Made by a program: the position numbers and the translations under genes
Origin: Malacoraja senta
Lineage: Eukaryota
DNA: 64,000 nucleotides
Direction: 5' to 3'
Assembly (NCBI GenBank): GCA_038087875.1
Contig: JAXLNO010000977.1
Span: 1-64,000 of the forward strand
The notes under the pieces: generated by a model
Told to the model about the DNA's origin: nothing
Databases searched by the model: none
What the model saw: only the letters and a program-made list of their open reading frames with translations
Shown: positions 62,543 through 64,000 of the stretch, piece by piece
Layout of the letters: the number at the start of each line of letters is the position of its first letter
Position numbering within the stretch: the stretch's first letter is position 1

Positions 62543-62649
62543 TATCTGAGACGGGTCTGAAGAAGGGCCTCGACCCAAAACATCACCCATTCCTTCTCTC
62601 CAGAGATGCTGCCTGTCCTGCTGAGTTACTCCAGCATTTTGTGTCTACC
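62543..62649 (+). mobile_element. Short Penelope-terminus unit with ~13-bp TSD
   Basis: taatgg(g)aatgcat at 62529-62542 and 62650-62662; gggt-CTGAAGA-agggcctcgaccc-aaaacatc-accc. Confidence 0.85.
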
Positions 62650-63413
62650 TAATGGAATGCATGCTGGCCCATCTGATATATTGAAAACATGATCAAAAGT
62701 TTGCTTTAGCTGAGGGTATCGGAGATTGTGGAATAAAGCCAGGTAAATGGAGCAGAGATACAGGTTGGCAAAGATCTAATCGACTGCAAAGGGTCTGAAT
62801 AACTTTATTCATTTTGCTGTGTTGCTGTCTCACTTCTTGATGAAGCAAGTTCTTTCACTGGGGTCACACAGCAGGGCAAAAACTTCCAACATTATCATAG
62901 AGAACATCCCACTCTCTGCTTCTAGATATGGGTGACTTCACCCTGACTCAACCCTGTGGTGAATCAGCAACGTTTCTGTTGCCTTTCCAGAGAGCAGCTT
63001 GACAGAATTGAAAAACAAAACCTGTGCGGAAATTATTTGCCAATGATGTTTATTGTTGTAGAATTAATTTAAATAACAAGCTGGGACTCTAGGATTGTTA
63101 TTGCTGAGCAATAAACACAGTGGAGCTAAAATTCCATGCTTGCCCATTCTAACTCCGATGGGAGACTGGCAGATCTCCAGGGATGTGATGGTTAGGACAT
63201 GGTTATAGCAGGAGATCAACGGAAATCATGCAGACCTACCCTCCGGTTACTTCCAGAGTTATTATAAGAAAGAACTTTGGGTATTGAATATATCAAACTA
63301 CACACAGCATGATCCTGCAAACAGTGCATATAATACATGTCTAGTGGTTGAAGGATAATTGTTTGGTGAGATGCCTGGGTGGCTCCATAGCAGGAAGATC
63401 GCAACTCTGCAAA

Positions 63414-63827
63414 GATAGATAGATAGATAGACATTTATTGTCACATACACCCATTGGTGCAGTGAAATTTGACTTGCCATGCAGCACACAAATAAAGATT
63501 ACATCAAAGAATTTAACAACATAAAAACATCCCCCCACAATGGTTCCCACTGTGGGGGAAGGCAGCAAGTCAGTCCCATCCCCAGTTCACCCATAGTCGG
63601 GGCCTATTGAGGCCTCTGCAGTCGCCGATACGGCAGCCCGATGGCTCAGGCCCTCTCGCCGGATGATGAAGCTCCGGCGTCGGGTGAACACTCTCAGCGG
63701 CCCGGAGTGTCTGGAGCGGCCGCCTCCTCCCAGTAGACCGCGGCTCCAGAAGTCCACGAGCCGCACTGGTCGATGCTCCGACTCTGGCGACCTCGTCGTG
63801 AGATCCCAGGCTCCGCGGTGTACTTCA
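63414..63827 (-). mobile_element. Non-autonomous LINE-derived element (CpG-rich body, Rex-type tail, (TCTA)n end)
   Basis: Minus-strand tail aaatttcactgcacc..gtgtatgtgacaataaa-(tcta)n; possible 6-bp TSD tgcaaa (63408-63413, 63828-63833). Confidence 0.65.
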
Positions 63828-64000
63828 TGCAAACATTTCTAACATGAGAAATAGAAGCAGCTAAGATCATGGTATATATTTTACCTCAACATCCCCTTCA
63901 CACAATAATTTCACACCTTGTGATTCCTTCTACAGATCTATTGATCCCTGTTTTGGGTGTTCTTGGCTGCTCAGCCTTCACAGCCCCGGGCAGTGAATTC

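Noticed and set aside
2875-62649. Recurrent ~95-bp repeat as a CRISPR-like array
   Set aside because: Dispersed, in both orientations, with TSDs and no regular spacers; eukaryotic context.

Overview
AT-rich, CpG-depleted eukaryotic non-coding DNA with no host protein-coding exon that I can support; it reads as a long intron or gene desert. The repeat inventory suggests a cartilaginous fish, probably a skate or ray (inference): HE1-type tRNA/V-SINEs sharing a 3' tail with CR1 LINEs, DeuSINE remnants, Rex1/Babar LINEs and Penelope-like elements. Mobile DNA includes a decayed IR/DR Tc1 transposon (3736-6417) carrying two nested insertions with target-site duplications (TSDs), a PIF/Harbinger-type MITE and a Rex1/Babar LINE. 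There are two 5'-truncated GIY-YIG Penelope-like elements (PLEs) with TSDs, a probable non-autonomous Helitron, 11 HE1 SINE copies and many CR1/Rex tails. The most system-like signal is about 20 short copies of the PLE 3' terminus, many carrying a minimal hammerhead-ribozyme-like core (CTGANGA-A-stem-GAAAC-GTH). Several were inserted as discrete ~95-200 bp units with their own TSDs, and some are fold-back palindromes. Non-TE signals worth testing are a candidate recursive splice site (AG|GTAAGT at 22790-22797 behind an 86-nt AG-free zone), a candidate microexon (31556-31577), a 30-bp perfect inverted repeat that looks like a templated insertion (53432/53988), and several enhancer-like blocks. 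Nearly all ORFs in the supplied track are spurious or TE-derived. All calls were made by eye, without alignments.
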